This document shows positions 62,070 to 64,000 of a stretch of DNA of 64,000 bases, one piece after another. The stretch is taken from assembly GCA_964016885.1 (NCBI GenBank), contig OZ024745.1, positions 32,178,001 through 32,242,000 on the forward strand, in the 5' to 3' direction. Position numbers and translations under genes: made by a program. The notes beneath the pieces were generated by a model. The model worked only from the letters and a program-made list of their open reading frames with translations. It had not been told where the DNA came from and made no database searches. Numbering within the stretch: the stretch's first letter is position 1; each line of letters opens with the position of its first letter. Source of the stretch: Eledone cirrhosa. Taxonomy: Eukaryota.

Positions 62070-62910
62070 TCATATTATCATCACCATTTAATATCCATTT
62101 TTCCATGCTAGCATGGGTTAGACGAGTTGTCCTGTTGTGAGAAATGCCAGGTCAGGTGACCATGTCTTGCTCATACACAACTGATTTTGGTTTGGTTTCT
62201 ACAGCTGGATGCCCTCCACACATTTACAGTGAGTGCTTTTGTCGTGATTATTACATGACCACTTTACAGTGTAGGCTGGATGCTTTTTGTAGCGTCAGCA
62301 TCATAACCACTTTACAGTGTGGGTTGGGCACATTTTGTTGTGTCCCCATCACAACCTCTTTACAGTGTGGGCTGGGGGCTTTGCTAGATGTATCCTTCAG
62401 CCTATCCTCATGGGAGGCATATGGAAGAGTGGGGTGTGGTGAAGGTGATAGTGGTGCATACTATATATATGCTTCAGCTTCAGCCTGTGCCCATAATATT
62501 ATATTACTGCATAACACCAGGGATCTCAGTCCTGTGACATCATCTTTGAAAGGTACAATTGAGAAAAGTCTGCTTTTATCTTCAGATCAGATGACCACAT
62601 CTTGCTCATACAGAACTGTTTCTAGCTTGGTTTTTGGGGCTCAATGCCTTTCCTAACACCAACCACATTACAGTGTGGATTTGGTGCTCTTTATTATGGC
62701 ACCAAAATGATCATCTAACTGGATAGACTGGGTGCATTCTTGTTGTTTCAACAGTACAATCACCTTAGTTTACATTTATTTTTTATGCTCGCATCAGTTA
62801 GACAGGTTATCACATTCTGGGACAGATCAGATGGCCATGTCTTGTTCAAACATTCCATTCTGGCATGGTTTTTATGGCTGGATGCCCATCTTAACACTGA
62901 CCATTTTACA
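62070..62910 (-). mobile_element. Decayed RTE 3' UTR pieces (family of 1471-3630); similar pieces at ~58930-59270 and ~31590-31880
   Basis: CCATGCTAGCATGGGTTAGACG, TTTCTACAGCTGGATGCC and repeated CACTTTACAGTGTGG units. Confidence 0.7.
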
Positions 62911-63382
62911 GAGTGTATTATTTTTATGATAATATTCCTATTTTGAACATTTGGTCTTTTGAGCCTAAGACAAGAATGCTCAACAGGTTTGAACCCTAAA
63001 CTTTTATGTTCATTTGTTTCTATGAGTGAATTGTGATGTCAGTAAAATCACATTGAAAAATACAATCAATATTTTTTTTTGGGGGGGGGGGGGGTTACAA
63101 CAGTTTTTAGTATGAACTAATTTCAACCAATCAAATGTGCATGGGGTGTCACCAAAAAAATTAAGAACAATTATAAATAGAGACGTTTTGACTAGATGCA
63201 TCTTTGTCTTTGCTTTTGGTGAAATATCCTTTCTATAAATTCTCATAAAGAGGTGTCTGTCATTCCTTTTGACATTTTCAGTCTGTCATTTATATTTTCT
63301 TCCTTAGTTTTGCCACTAGCTTGCAGTGAGAATTTCTCCCACACATGTATCGGAATGTATATACTGAAAATGTTACTCTTAT

Positions 63383-63660
63383 TATCATCATCACCATCAT
63401 CATCATTTTTACAAACATTTTTCTATGCTTGCATGGGTTGGACAGGTCCTTTTCAGCACAGCATCACTCCACATGTCATGCTACTTCCTCTGTGAGTTTC
63501 AGTGACTTGAGATCAGCTTTCACCATCTCTGCCCAGGTCTTCCTTGGTCTACCTCTACCATGACTTTGTTCCACTGGGATTTCCTGGTACTTATTTACCA
63601 AGTGGTCATTACCCATGCACATCTCATGTCAGTACCAATGTAGTCTTTTTACATATTCAC
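63383..63660 (-). mobile_element. RTE 3' fragment (family of 27790-28146)
   Basis: Minus strand encodes GRGRPRKTWAEMVKADLKSLKLT; (CAT)n tail. Confidence 0.75.
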
Positions 63661-64000
63661 AGGCCCAGCTGTGTCCCACACACATATACATGATGTCACA
63701 TACATACAGATTGTAAATATAAAATTGTCCATATAAATACTGCTATACAGTGTTTTGTATATCATTTGAAGTATTCTTTTGTTTAAATTCTTCATTAACT
63801 TTTAAAGGAATTCATGAACTCATCATCATTTGATGGCATCTGTTGAAGTGTATATATTTTTCCTTGGTTGTGAATTAGCATCTGTATATTTTTCTACTGG
63901 GAAAATATGAGCTTGTTTCAACTTGCATTACATGCATCAACTTTCATTGAATTATATGCCTGGCAATTAACTGCTACATCTAGTATGGTTGATTAAATCT

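Overview
AT-rich, repeat-dominated animal genomic DNA with no prokaryotic features and no confidently identifiable host gene. The repeat mix suggests a cephalopod (octopus-like) genome, which is an inference: RTE LINEs with (GAT)n tails, CORE-type and Deu/Nin-type tRNA SINEs, and kilobase (TA)n arrays. Most long ORFs in the track are artefacts of (TA)n/(TACA)n arrays. Real coding sequence is transposon-derived: three RTE LINE copies (two with open frames), a 5'-truncated CR1-group LINE with an open RT frame, Penelope-like (PLE) RT and GIY-YIG remnants, an R4/Dong-like remnant, and hAT and mariner remnants. Main signals: (1) five minimal type-I hammerhead ribozyme motifs of three sequence types in the termini of three PLE-type elements, two with inverted terminal repeats; (2) a ~600-bp non-autonomous bipartite RTE derivative present twice; (3) nearly all young retroelements sit inside (TA)n tracts, beside several fold-back palindromes; (4) a PHD-like C4HC3 finger inside the RTE reverse transcriptase; (5) a weak candidate host gene starting with two tiny minus-strand exons.
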